The notes: generated by a model from the sequence alone, not told the origin. A DNA stretch of 64,000 nucleotides from Elusimicrobiales bacterium (GCA_050174915.1 JBFXJL010000001.1:411346-475345), one strand, 5' to 3'. Shown: positions 55,191 to 64,000, numbered from the stretch's first letter. Numbers and translations are program-made.

Positions 55191-56039
55191 GTGCCTAAAC
55201 AGAAAGAGGTAAAAGTCGGGAAGATAACGTTCTCCAACGACGGGCCCCTGGCCTATATCGTGGGGCCTTGCGTCATAGAAACGGCGCGCTCCTACGAGGC
55301 CGAGGCCGTGAAGCTTAAAGAGATCTTCGCGGCCCTCAGGACGCCGTTCGTGCTCAAGGCTTCCTTCGACAAGGCCAACCGCAGCTCGCACAGCGCGTTC
55401 CGCGGCATCGGCATGCAGGCGGCCCTGGATTTCCTCAAGGAACTCAAGAACCGCCTGGGGCTGCCGCTGCTGGTAGACGTGCACGAACCTTCCCAGGCCG
55501 CCGCCGTGGCCGCCGCGGCCGACATCCTGCAGGTGCCGGCCTTCATGTGCCGGCAGACCGACCTGCTCTACGCCTGCGCAGACACTGGCCGCACCGTGAA
55601 CGTCAAGAAGGGCCAGTTCCTCTCCCCCTGGGAAGCCGAGAACATAGTGAAGAAACTCGAGAACCGCGGGGCGGCCGGCATCATGCTCACCGAGCGCGGC
55701 TCCTCGTTCGGCTACGGCAATCTGGTGGTGGACATGCGCTCGCTGGAGATCATGAAGGACTTCGGCTACCCCGTCATCTTCGACGCCACCCACTCGGTGC
55801 AGCGCCCCGGAGGCCTGGGCAACGCCACCGGCGGGGATCGCCGCTTCATCCTGCCGCTGGCCAAGGCCGCGGCGTCGCAGCGCATAGCGGGCCTGTTCTT
55901 CGAGGCCCACCCCAACCCCGCCAAGGCGCTCTCCGACGGCCCCAATTCGCTGCGGCTGGCCGCCGTTAAGCCGGCCGTGGCCGCCCTCAACCGCGTGGAC
56001 AGACTGGCCAGCGAGATAGCCGGCGTAGGATCGAACTAA
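55191..56039 (+). CDS. kdsA: 3-deoxy-8-phosphooctulonate synthase
   Basis: GTG start with SD AAGGAG. GPCVIE, KASFDKANRSS and DATHSVQ.PGG motifs. Confidence 0.95.
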   Translation: MPKQKEVKVGKITFSNDGPLAYIVGPCVIETARSYEAEAVKLKEIFAALRTPFVLKASFDKANRSSHSAFRGIGMQAALDFLKELKNRLGLPLLVDVHEPSQAAAVAAAADILQVPAFMCRQTDLLYACADTGRTVNVKKGQFLSPWEAENIVKKLENRGAAGIMLTERGSSFGYGNLVVDMRSLEIMKDFGYPVIFDATHSVQRPGGLGNATGGDRRFILPLAKAAASQRIAGLFFEAHPNPAKALSDGPNSLRLAAVKPAVAALNRVDRLASEIAGVGSN

Positions 56040-56048
56040 GGAACGCTT

Positions 56049-56312
56049 ATGAAATGCACCAACTGCGGGCAGGAAAACCGCCCGACGCTCAAATTCTGCA
56101 GGAAATGCAACACGGACCTGACCCTGCCGCCGGCCTGGTTCCCCGACTGGCGCTGGCATTTGAAGACGCTGGCCTGGATCTACCTGACGCTCGTAGTGGG
56201 ATTCTTCGCGGTCAGTTACCTGCTGCGCAAGCTGCCGCCGCCCTACGACCAGCGCCAGATACCGCCGGAGATGACGCCCTGGCTGAACCCGAAGAAAGTC
56301 CCGGCCAAATAG
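56049..56312 (+). CDS. zinc-ribbon membrane protein
   Basis: 87 aa. MKCTNCGQEN....CRKCN is followed by one TM helix. Confidence 0.55.
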   Translation: MKCTNCGQENRPTLKFCRKCNTDLTLPPAWFPDWRWHLKTLAWIYLTLVVGFFAVSYLLRKLPPPYDQRQIPPEMTPWLNPKKVPAK

Positions 56313-56313
56313 C

Positions 56314-57294
56314 ATGAACCCCAAAGACTCGCTGATCCTCAAGACCGCCCGCGGCGTGATCAAGTCCGAGAGCGCCGCCGTCGCCGGCTTGACCGGAGCG
56401 CTGGACGCCTCCTTTGTAAAGGCCGTGCGCCTGCTCGAGCGCTGCCAGGGCAAGGCCGTGCTGCTGGGCGTGGGCAAGTCCGGGCTGATCGCCCGCAAGA
56501 TCGCCGCCACGCTGGCCTCCACCGGCACCCGCAGCGTCTACCTGCACCCCGTGGAGTCCCTTCACGGCGACCTGGGCATGATAGCCGCCGACGACGTGGC
56601 CGTAGCGCTGTCTTATTCCGGCGAGACCGAGGAAACGGCCAAACTGCTGCCCATACTGAAGAAGCAGGGCCTGCCCGTCATCTCCATCACCAATAACGCC
56701 GGCTCCCGCATGGCCCGCCACTCCGACGTGGTGCTGCGCCTGCGCGTGAAGTCGGAAGCCTGCCCGATGGACATAGTCCCCACCTCGTCGACCACCGCCA
56801 TGCTGGCCCTCGGCGACGCGCTGGCCGTGACGCTGATGACCCTCAAGGGCTTCGGCCGCAACCATTTCGCCCGCCTGCACCCCGGCGGGAACCTGGGCAA
56901 GCTGCTCAACCTCAAGGTCGGCGACCTGATGCACAAGGGCCGCGAGAACCCCGTGGTTAAGGAAGGCGCCGCCGTGGCCGAAGCGCTGCGCGTGATGACC
57001 GCCACCCGGGCCGGCGCGGTCTCCGTGACGGGCAAAGCCGGCCGGCTGACCGGCTACTTTACCGACGGCGACCTGCGCCGCCGCCTGCAGGACGGCAGCC
57101 TTAGCCTAAACGCGCCGGTCAAGGGTGTGATGACGCGCTCCCCGCTGACCGTGCACCCCGAAACGCCGGCCATGGAGGCCGCGCGCCTGATCAGCGAACG
57201 CCGCGTAGACAATCTGCCGGTAACGGATTCGAAGTCCGGCCGCCCCGTGGGCATCATCGACGAGCGGGACCTGCTCAAGGAAGGCCTGGGGTGA
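56314..57294 (+). CDS. kdsD: arabinose-5-phosphate isomerase (KpsF/GutQ family)
   Basis: SIS domain (GVGKSGLIARKIAATLASTG) plus tandem CBS domains. Confidence 0.92.
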   Translation: MNPKDSLILKTARGVIKSESAAVAGLTGALDASFVKAVRLLERCQGKAVLLGVGKSGLIARKIAATLASTGTRSVYLHPVESLHGDLGMIAADDVAVALSYSGETEETAKLLPILKKQGLPVISITNNAGSRMARHSDVVLRLRVKSEACPMDIVPTSSTTAMLALGDALAVTLMTLKGFGRNHFARLHPGGNLGKLLNLKVGDLMHKGRENPVVKEGAAVAEALRVMTATRAGAVSVTGKAGRLTGYFTDGDLRRRLQDGSLSLNAPVKGVMTRSPLTVHPETPAMEAARLISERRVDNLPVTDSKSGRPVGIIDERDLLKEGLG

Positions 57295-57791
57295 AAAGAC
57301 TGCTGCCGCTGCTGCTGCTCGCCTTCGCGGCCTGCGAATCCGCCGGCCGCGGCGAAGCCGTACCCGGCGTCAGCCTGCTGGAGAACTTCCGCATGGCTGA
57401 AAGCGGCGCCGGCGAGGCCCACTGGCGCCTGGAAGCCGACAAAGGCCGCATGGACGAGAAGAACGGCCTCATCACCTTCACCTCCCCCCGCATCCGCTTT
57501 TACGACGCAGGCAAGCCAACCTCGGAGATCTCCTCCAGGGCCGGCTCGCTGAAGATGCATGAAAAATCGGCCGTGCTCACCGACCAGGTGGAGGTAAACT
57601 CACTCAAGGACGGCATGCGCCTGGTCACGACCAAGCTTTTCTACAGCGCCGCCCGCGGGAAGATCTGGACCGACGAGCCGCTGACCATCTACAAGGACCG
57701 CACGGTAATAAAAGGGCGCGGCTTCACCGCCAACCCCGATCTGTCGGCCATAGAGATACAGCGCCAGGAGACGAGGATGGCCGGACAATGA
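57291..57791 (+). CDS. lptC: LPS export system protein LptC-like
   Basis: 166 aa, GTG start overlapping the kdsD stop, N-terminal anchor. The size, beta-jellyroll-like pattern and position immediately before lptA-lptB fit LptC. The call is mainly by context. Confidence 0.65.
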   Translation: MKRLLPLLLLAFAACESAGRGEAVPGVSLLENFRMAESGAGEAHWRLEADKGRMDEKNGLITFTSPRIRFYDAGKPTSEISSRAGSLKMHEKSAVLTDQVEVNSLKDGMRLVTTKLFYSAARGKIWTDEPLTIYKDRTVIKGRGFTANPDLSAIEIQRQETRMAGQ

Positions 57792-58492
57792 ACTCTTTAC
57801 GCCTGCTCCTGCTGCTGGCGCTGGCCGCCGGGCCGGCCGCGGCCGCCGAGGATTTCCTGCGCGGCTCGGTGGTCAAGAGCGACAAGTGGACGATGGACCG
57901 CGTGGCCGAGCGGGAGATCTTCGACGGCAACGTTTCCTTCCGCAACCCGCGCTACACGCTGAAGGCGGATAAAGCCCTCTACGCGCGGCCGGGCCAGGCC
58001 TGGACCATGAACGGCTCGGTCTACCTGCTGCGCACCTTCGACGACAGCTCCCGCGTGGAAGTGAATTGCGACAAGGCCTACTACCTGGAGACCTTGGAGG
58101 AGGCCACGCTGGAGCGCGGCGCGCTCCCGGTGCGGATGAAATACACCGGCCCCGACGGCCGGGTGCTCAACGGCCGGGCCGACCGGACGCTGGCCGAAAA
58201 CCAGAAGGGCCTGATGGCCTTCGACGGCGCCTTTCTGCTCTCCACGGAGAACCTGGACATGTACGCGCAGCGGGGCCTCTACGACAACGCCGAAGGCACC
58301 TTCACGCTGCAGGATTCCACGCCGGTGGCCGTGGGCAAGCGCCCCCCCTACGATTTCGCGATAGCCGCCGAGCGCATAAAGTTCTTCAAGGATAGCCGCG
58401 ATATAAAGTTCTATAATAGGGTTTCCGGCTGGGTCAAAGACACGCAGCAGACGACCGGCAAGCCGGAAGCCGCCGAGGCCGCCCGCCCATGA
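57788..58492 (+). CDS. lptA: LptA/OstA-family periplasmic LPS transport protein
   Basis: Signal peptide present. OstA-like pattern (ADKALY..., GNVSF), and position between lptC and lptB. Confidence 0.65.
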   Translation: MNSLRLLLLLALAAGPAAAAEDFLRGSVVKSDKWTMDRVAEREIFDGNVSFRNPRYTLKADKALYARPGQAWTMNGSVYLLRTFDDSSRVEVNCDKAYYLETLEEATLERGALPVRMKYTGPDGRVLNGRADRTLAENQKGLMAFDGAFLLSTENLDMYAQRGLYDNAEGTFTLQDSTPVAVGKRPPYDFAIAAERIKFFKDSRDIKFYNRVSGWVKDTQQTTGKPEAAEAARP

Positions 58493-59208
58493 AACTCGAA
58501 TGCACCCTGCTTGAAAAGTCCTTCAGCCGCCGCAAGGTGGTCAACGGCATCTCGCTGCACATCAACTCCGGCGAGGTCTGCGGCCTGCTGGGCCCCAACG
58601 GCGCCGGCAAGACCACCACTTTCCACATGCTCGTGGGCTTCCTGGAGCCCGACGGCGGCCAGGTTTTTATGGACGGCCGCGACGCCACCAAAGAGCCGAT
58701 GTTCCAGCGCGCCCGCGGCGGCATCGGCTACCTGGCGCAGGAACCCACCGTTTTCCGGGGCCTGACCGTGGAGCAGAATCTGGAAGCCATCCTGGAGCGC
58801 ACCACCCCCGACCACAAGGCCATGAAGGCGCGCGTGGAGGCCCTGCTGGCCGAGTTCGGCCTGCTGCGGCTCAAGGACCAGAAGGCCTGGACGCTGTCGG
58901 GCGGCGAGAAGCGCCGGCTCGAGGTGGCCCGCGTGATGATCAACGACCCCAAGATCATCCTGCTCGACGAGCCTTTCGTCGGCATAGACCCGATCACCGT
59001 CAGCGACCTCAAGAAGATCATCCTGCACCTCAAGGACAAGGGCATAGGCGTGCTCATCACCGACCACAACGTGCGCGAGACCCTTTCCATCACCGACCGC
59101 TCCTACCTCATCTACAACGGCCAGATCCTCATAGACGGCGACGCCGACACGCTCCTGAACGACCCCAAAGCCCGCGAGTTCTACCTCGGCTGGGACTTCA
59201 AACTCTAA
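58489..59208 (+). CDS. lptB: LPS export ABC transporter ATP-binding protein
   Basis: Walker A GPNGAGKTT, signature LSGGEKRRLEVAR, Walker B ILLDEPF, and C-terminal ARE.YLG..F. Confidence 0.95.
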   Translation: MKLECTLLEKSFSRRKVVNGISLHINSGEVCGLLGPNGAGKTTTFHMLVGFLEPDGGQVFMDGRDATKEPMFQRARGGIGYLAQEPTVFRGLTVEQNLEAILERTTPDHKAMKARVEALLAEFGLLRLKDQKAWTLSGGEKRRLEVARVMINDPKIILLDEPFVGIDPITVSDLKKIILHLKDKGIGVLITDHNVRETLSITDRSYLIYNGQILIDGDADTLLNDPKAREFYLGWDFKL

Positions 59209-59258
59209 CCAGAAGTTAAAACACAGCAAAGACCGCGAGATGCCGAGTCGGGGCTGCC

Positions 59259-59373
59259 AAGGGTGTGGCCCCGTCAGGCACGGGGTCGGCCACACCGTGG
59301 CCGCCCCTCCTCACTCGGCCTCGGCGCTATGCAAGCCTCGGCCTCCGTGAGGGCCTTCCGGAACCACCCCCTC
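59259..59373 (-). repeat. nested-palindrome intergenic element, type 2, copy D (reverse orientation)
   Basis: 115 bp, the same length as 34147-34261. It aligns to the reverse complement of F2 (TCGGCCACACCGTGGCC ... CTCGGCGCTATGCAAGCCTCGG). The terminal arms are imperfect: AAGGGTGTGG / CCACCCCCTC. Confidence 0.7.
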
Positions 59374-59381
59374 GTCATCCC

Positions 59382-59439
59382 CTCCGCTAGAGGCTCATGA
59401 GTAATTATGGAACTATAATAAACTAGCAATCTAGCGGAG
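59382..59439. repeat. 10-bp inverted repeat enclosing a 38-nt AT-rich loop
   Basis: CTCCGCTAGA / TCTAGCGGAG. The loop is GGCTCATGAGTAATTATGGAACTATAATAAACTAGCAA. Confidence 0.6.
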
Positions 59440-59440
59440 A

Positions 59441-59707
59441 CCATATGGGCAGGGTTAGCAAAAGCCCCCCGGAAGGCGAGGCTTGCGTAAGCGCCGAGCC
59501 TGGGTGGAGCGTAGCGACACCGCAGTGAGCGGCAGGCTCGGTCACGGATAAACCGCATAGCGGTTTTCCGCGACCCCGGCTCGGCAATTTACGATGTAAA
59601 ATTGCCTCCGCCCTTGCGGCCCGGGCGCGAGGCATAATTATGCCTCGCTCTAAAGCCGGGCCTCACACGGTGTGCGCGACGCCGATTTTGCGTTCCTGCC
59701 CATATGG
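59441..59707 (+). repeat. nested-palindrome intergenic element, type 1, copy C (carrying a roughly 150-bp internal insertion)
   Basis: It has the same termini as copy B (CCATATGGGCAGG / CCTGCCCATATGG) and the same core ends as copy A. The insert holds extra hairpins, including GCGAGGCATAATTATGCCTCGC (59627-59648). Confidence 0.8.
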
Positions 59708-59742
59708 TAGGCCGCCGAGCTTTAGCAGCCTACCTTTTCTTT

Positions 59743-60792
59743 TTAAGTGAAGGTTTCCAGGTGGGTGTGGAGGCCGTGGCGGCGGATGTGCTTCATGGCC
59801 GCGGCGTGCTGGGCCTCGGCCTTGGCGGTCTGGCCGGTGAGGTAGTAGAGGTTGGCCAGCGAGAGCAGCGTCAGCGCCTCGCCGCGCGGCTCGGAGCGGC
59901 CTTTGAACAGCTCGGCGGCCCGGCGGTAATTCTTGAGCGCCGCGGCGAAATCGCCGTTGCGCTTCTTGATCTCGCCCATGCCCCATTCCACGAAGCCCAG
60001 GTCGGCCCAGTCGGAGAGGCCGGAGTACAGTTTATGCGCGCGCTCGTAGCCGGCATAGGCCTCCTCGAGGCGGCCCATCTGGCGCAGCACGTTGGAAGTG
60101 CCGCATTCGGCGTAGGCCTTGGCGAAAGCATCATCGGTCTTAGCGAAAAGCCGGCGGGCCCGCACATAACAGTCGAGCGCGCGGCCCATAAAGCCGGCCA
60201 CCCGCAGTATGCCGCCAAGGCCGAACAGGGCGTAGCCGGCGGCGGCCTCGTCCTTATCCCTGCTGGCAGAAGCGAGCGACTCCTCGAAAGCGTATATTCC
60301 CTCTCCGTAGCGCCCCTGCAGGCGGTACAGGCCGCCCAGCGCCCAAAGAGAGAAAGCCGCGCCGGCCAGATCCCCGTCCTTCTTGTAGGCCTTATGCAGG
60401 CGCTCCAGCAGGGCGGCCGCTTCGCTCAAGCGGCCTACCAGCCGCAGGGCCAGGGCCCATTCCAGCTCGGCGTCAGGGCGGTACATGTCGAGCCGTTTGG
60501 CCAGCGCCAGCGCGCCTTTGGCGGCCGCCAGGGCCTCGCCTTCGCGGCCCAGCGCCCTGGCGCAGCGGGCCTCACCCAGCAGCACCTCCAGCAGCAGTTC
60601 TTCGTCACCCTTGGCCGCCCTGCGGGCCAGGGCGTATTGCGCGAGGGCTTCCCCGAACAGGCCGAGACCGCGCAAGGCCTCCCCCTTCAGGAACAGCCAG
60701 CGGCCTTTTCCGGCCCCCGGCATGGTCTTTTTCAGCGAGGCCAGAGCCTTAGCAAATTCACCGTCGTCCAGCAGTTTCTCGATTTTTTCCAT
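59743..60792 (-). CDS. tetratricopeptide-repeat protein
   Basis: 349 aa of consecutive 34-40 aa helical repeats with an A/L/G/Y/R pattern (ALRLVGRLSEAAALLERL and similar). Confidence 0.8.
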   Translation of the reverse strand: MEKIEKLLDDGEFAKALASLKKTMPGAGKGRWLFLKGEALRGLGLFGEALAQYALARRAAKGDEELLLEVLLGEARCARALGREGEALAAAKGALALAKRLDMYRPDAELEWALALRLVGRLSEAAALLERLHKAYKKDGDLAGAAFSLWALGGLYRLQGRYGEGIYAFEESLASASRDKDEAAAGYALFGLGGILRVAGFMGRALDCYVRARRLFAKTDDAFAKAYAECGTSNVLRQMGRLEEAYAGYERAHKLYSGLSDWADLGFVEWGMGEIKKRNGDFAAALKNYRRAAELFKGRSEPRGEALTLLSLANLYYLTGQTAKAEAQHAAAMKHIRRHGLHTHLETFT

Positions 60793-60818
60793 AATATTTT
60801 TTTAGAAGCCTTACCCTG

Positions 60819-61193
60819 CTATTCTTTGGGAAGCAGCCGTTTTATCTCGAGGAGCAGGTCGTCTAGATTGTAAGGCTTTTTCATGAAGTTGCGCGCGCCG
60901 CATTGTTTGGCCTTCTCTATGCTCTCCGAAGTGTCGAGGGTGGAAATGATCAGCACCGGCGTGTGGCGGGTCAGGCTGTCGCGCATGAGCGCGTTGCAGA
61001 CCTCGTAACCGTTGAGCTTGGGCAGCAGCAGGTCCAGCAGGATCAGATCCGGCTTCTCCCGGCGCGCGAGGGCCAGGCCGGCCACGCCGTCGCCGGCGTG
61101 CAGCACGGTATAGCCTTCGGAGGCCAGCACTTCCTTAAGCACGGTGGAGGCGGCCTTGCTGTCTTCGATCATCACTATCTTGCGGGGCGTCAT
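60819..61193 (-). CDS. single-domain response regulator (CheY-like receiver)
   Basis: 124 aa. IVMIEDS, the phospho-acceptor context LILLDLLLPKLNG, and conserved T and K (ISTLD, KKP). Confidence 0.9.
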   Translation of the reverse strand: MTPRKIVMIEDSKAASTVLKEVLASEGYTVLHAGDGVAGLALARREKPDLILLDLLLPKLNGYEVCNALMRDSLTRHTPVLIISTLDTSESIEKAKQCGARNFMKKPYNLDDLLLEIKRLLPKE

Positions 61194-61702
61194 TTGGCCC
61201 CCCCGTTCTTGTAGTAGCCCGCGAGTTCCATATATTCTTTCTCGGACCGCTCAAGCCCGCGGCATTCCTCGTCGGTAAGGGGCCGCTTTACCTTCCCGGG
61301 CGCGCCCATCACCATGCTGCGCGGCGGTATTTTGCTGCCGGGCGTCACCACGGCGCCGGCGGCCACCAGGGAGTATTCGCCGATTTCGCAGTCCATCACC
61401 ACCGCGCCCATGCCAATCAGGCAGCGAGCCCCCACCACGGAGCCGTGAATGATGGCCGAATGCCCGACGGTCACGCCCGGGCCCACCAGCACCGGCCTGT
61501 CTCGGTTAGGGTGCAGCACGGCCAGGTCCTGTATGTTGGAGCCTTTGCCTATCTCTATCCTGTCCACGTCGCCGCGGATTACGGCGCCGGGCCAGACGGA
61601 AGCGCCGTCTGCGATCTTCACCCGGCCGATGACCGAGGCCGAAGGGTGCACCCAGGCCCCGGCGGCTATTTCGGGAACGCTGTCCATGAATTTTTCTATC
61701 AT
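61190..61702 (-). CDS. gamma-class carbonic anhydrase family / left-handed beta-helix protein
   Basis: ATG at 61702 gives MIEKF...WVHPSASVIGRVKIADGASVWPGAVIRGD..I.IG..SNIQD..VLH, 170 aa. The 112-codon upstream extension overlaps the next gene and is rejected. Confidence 0.85.
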   Translation of the reverse strand: MIEKFMDSVPEIAAGAWVHPSASVIGRVKIADGASVWPGAVIRGDVDRIEIGKGSNIQDLAVLHPNRDRPVLVGPGVTVGHSAIIHGSVVGARCLIGMGAVVMDCEIGEYSLVAAGAVVTPGSKIPPRSMVMGAPGKVKRPLTDEECRGLERSEKEYMELAGYYKNGGAK

Positions 61703-62757
61703 TTGTGCCCCTTCCCGTGGCGGGAATGTTCGTCGGTATGCGGCGGTTCGGAGGAGTGCAGTCCCCAGTAAATGAAGACGCTGGCGAAAGCCGGCAGCAG
61801 GTAGTAGAACAGGCGGAACAGGAGGCTCGCCGTCAGCGCCTGCGCCACCGGCACGCCCATGCCCGAGAAGGCCGCGGTCATGGCCGCCTCCATCGCGCCC
61901 AGGCCGCCGGGCAGGATCGGGATTATCGTCATCAGCATGCCGAAGGCGAAGCCGGCTATCAGCGTGGTGGCGCCCAGGGACACGCCCACGGCCTTGAAGG
62001 CGAAATACAGGATGAGGATATTGCTGACCCAGTCGCAAAAGACATAGGCCACCACCTTGGGCAGCTCAAACTTGCGGCCGTGGATGGTGCGGATGCCCTC
62101 GTCGAGCTGGCACTCGAACTTGACGAAATTCTCGTGCGGGATCTCTTTCTTCGAGAAGAAATAGATTACGTGGTTCACCCCCACGAACATCCGGCGGGCC
62201 CACGCGGCGCGCAGTTCGTGGTGGAAGAACAGCAGCGTCAGGCCGAAAGCGAAGCCCAGCACGGCCGCGACGCCGATGAGCGCCTCCACCATGCTGCGGT
62301 TGAAATTCGGCGTGTGCATGAACTGCAGCACCGCGCCCTCCACCACTATCAGCGCCAGCGCCAGGTAGATCAGCACGGTGATGACCACGGAGGAGGTGAC
62401 GCTGGCCCCGTACGCGACGCGGCGCTTGCCCAGCAGGTGGGCGCGCGTGGCGAAACCGCTGATGCCGCCCGAGGAGACGAAATAATTGACGGTGGTGGAA
62501 ACGAAGGCTATGCCCGCCACCTCCAGGAAAGGCAGGCGGATGCCCAGGATGCGCAGCACCTCCCACAGGGTGAGGCCCATGAAAGTATAGCTGGAAACCG
62601 CGAACAGGAAGGACAGCGTCAGCCAGACCGGGCTGGCTTTGCGTATGGTTTCCGCCATCGCCCCCAGGTTGGGGTAGATCAGCCAGGCCAAAATGCCGAG
62701 CGACAGCGCCACGGGAGCGTAGACGGCCAGTTTTTTGCGGAAGGAGGCTTGCTTCAT
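61699..62757 (-). CDS. UPF0104 / lysylphosphatidylglycerol-synthase-TM-region-like flippase family membrane protein
   Basis: 352 aa with about 8 TM helices. IIPILPGGLGAMEAAM is typical of this family. Confidence 0.75.
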   Translation of the reverse strand: MKQASFRKKLAVYAPVALSLGILAWLIYPNLGAMAETIRKASPVWLTLSFLFAVSSYTFMGLTLWEVLRILGIRLPFLEVAGIAFVSTTVNYFVSSGGISGFATRAHLLGKRRVAYGASVTSSVVITVLIYLALALIVVEGAVLQFMHTPNFNRSMVEALIGVAAVLGFAFGLTLLFFHHELRAAWARRMFVGVNHVIYFFSKKEIPHENFVKFECQLDEGIRTIHGRKFELPKVVAYVFCDWVSNILILYFAFKAVGVSLGATTLIAGFAFGMLMTIIPILPGGLGAMEAAMTAAFSGMGVPVAQALTASLLFRLFYYLLPAFASVFIYWGLHSSEPPHTDEHSRHGKGHK

Positions 62758-62823
62758 AAATTTGATAAAATTAGTCTATATAATTATGGCGGTCAGGAAA
62801 AGACTTTCCCCCCGCCCCACCCT

Positions 62824-64000
62824 ATGGCAGCATACAAATTCGATTTCCTCGTAGTCGGCAGCGGCGCCGCCGGCCTGTTGGCCGCCCATAAACTGGCCGC
62901 GGCCGGCCGGGTAGCCGTGCTCACCAAGCGCACGCCCGAGATCTCCAACAGCGACCTGGCGCAGGGCGGCATCGCCGCCGTCACCGGGCCGGACGACGAT
63001 TTTCCCCTGCATATCAAGGACACGCTGCGCACCGGCGCAGGGCTTTCCGATCCGCGGGTGGTGGACCTGACCATCAGCGAAGCCCCCGAACGTATCAGGG
63101 AGCTGGTAGACCTGGGAACGCGCTTCTCGGAGAAGCGCGGCGTCTTCGAGCTGGGGCTGGAGGGCGGCCACAGCCGCCGCCGCGTGCTGCACGCCGCCGA
63201 CTCCACCGGCCACGAGATAGAGCGCGCGCTGCTCGAAGCCTGCCGCTCGGACAAGAACATAACCTTCTTCCCCTATTTCTCGGCCGTGGACCTGATCCTG
63301 CGGGCCCGCCCCGCCGGCACGCGCCCCGCGCGCAACGCCTGCCTGGGCGTCTACGCCCTGGAAGAGGCCACCGGCCGGGTGCACAGCTTCCTGGCCCCCG
63401 TCACGCTGCTCGCCTCAGGCGGGGCCGGCAAAGTGTACCGCTACACCTCCAACCCGGACGTCACCACCGGCGACGGCATGGCCATGGCTTACCGCGCCGG
63501 GCTGCCGCTGGTCAACATGGAATTCGTGCAGTTCCACCCCACCTGCCTCTACCATCCGCAGGCCAAGTCCTTCCTGATTTCCGAGGCCCTGCGCGGCGAG
63601 GGCGGCGTCCTGCGCGACGCCGACGGGCGCGCCTTCATGAAAGACTATTCCCGCTACCGGGAGCTGGCGCCGCGCGACATCGTGGCGCGGGCCATCGACT
63701 CCGAGCTCAAGCGCACCGGCGCCGAGCACGTCTTCCTGGACATGACGCATCTCAAGCCGGCCTTCCTGCGGCGGCGCTTCCCGATGATACACGCCAAGTG
63801 CCTGTCGCTCGGGATAGACATGACGCGGGCCCCCATTCCCGTGGTGCCGGCGGCCCATTTCTTCTGCGGCGGCATCGGCACGGACGACCACGGCCGCACG
63901 GCCATGCCCGGCCTCTACGCCTTGGGCGAGGTGGCGCATACCGGCCTGCACGGCGCCAACCGCCTGGCTTCCAACTCGCTGCTCGAAGCCTGCGTCTTCG
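62824..64000 (+). CDS. nadB: L-aspartate oxidase (partial, continues beyond the window)
   Basis: This ORF is not in the supplied track because no stop is reached. My translation from the ATG at 62824 gives MAAYKFDFLVVGSGAAGL..SNSDLAQGGIAAV..HIKDTLRTGAGL..GDGMAMAYRAG..MEFVQFHPT. Confidence 0.9.
   Translation, partial: MAAYKFDFLVVGSGAAGLLAAHKLAAAGRVAVLTKRTPEISNSDLAQGGIAAVTGPDDDFPLHIKDTLRTGAGLSDPRVVDLTISEAPERIRELVDLGTRFSEKRGVFELGLEGGHSRRRVLHAADSTGHEIERALLEACRSDKNITFFPYFSAVDLILRARPAGTRPARNACLGVYALEEATGRVHSFLAPVTLLASGGAGKVYRYTSNPDVTTGDGMAMAYRAGLPLVNMEFVQFHPTCLYHPQAKSFLISEALRGEGGVLRDADGRAFMKDYSRYRELAPRDIVARAIDSELKRTGAEHVFLDMTHLKPAFLRRRFPMIHAKCLSLGIDMTRAPIPVVPAAHFFCGGIGTDDHGRTAMPGLYALGEVAHTGLHGANRLASNSLLEACVF

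Noticed and set aside
62758-62823. TTGATA / TATAAT-like hexamers upstream of nadB as a promoter.
   Set aside because: The spacer between the hexamers is only 11 nt, and the ATG just after the TATAAT is out of frame with nadB. The evidence is not convincing enough to annotate.

Overview
GC-rich (by eye about two-thirds G+C) chromosomal segment from a diderm, LPS-making bacterium; I cannot assign taxonomy from sequence alone. I call 62 protein genes (one runs off the 3' edge) and one tRNA-Arg(TCG). Most of the window is housekeeping. It holds an NfeD/SPFH pair, an RND pump with a TolC-like channel, pepT plus a degenerate paralog, fba and era. It also holds the conserved blocks yebC-ruvCAB and queA-tgt-yajC-secDF. 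A roughly 20 kb LPS supercluster contains waaA, three GT9 modules, lpxK, gmhB, a heptose kinase, kdsB-pyrG-kdsA-kdsD and lptCAB; nadB follows at the edge. Two accessory loci stand out. The first (20.5-28.1 kb, minus strand) encodes a secreted HEAT protein, a 1162-aa thermolysin-like metalloprotease with a C-terminal sorting-type domain, a PorV/PorQ-like barrel, and FlgP/FlgT-like lipoproteins. The second (40.1-44.6 kb) encodes a 1313-aa phage-tail-fibre-like surface protein preceded by a small protein carrying the same C-terminal domain, and it sits inside the LPS cluster. The most unusual non-coding signal is a mosaic family of nested-palindrome elements, at least 9 copies in three related architectures. 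They fill every intergenic spacer longer than 200 bp. They share a hairpin whose 9-10 nt loop is conserved while its stem changes in a compensatory way. Next to the tRNA, its 3' end plus flank is duplicated 158 bp away. Four operon-first genes have a -10 box 6-12 nt before the ATG and no Shine-Dalgarno, which suggests leaderless mRNAs. I see no CRISPR array, IS element, integrase or recognisable defence island. The novel-system candidates below are hypotheses, not demonstrations.
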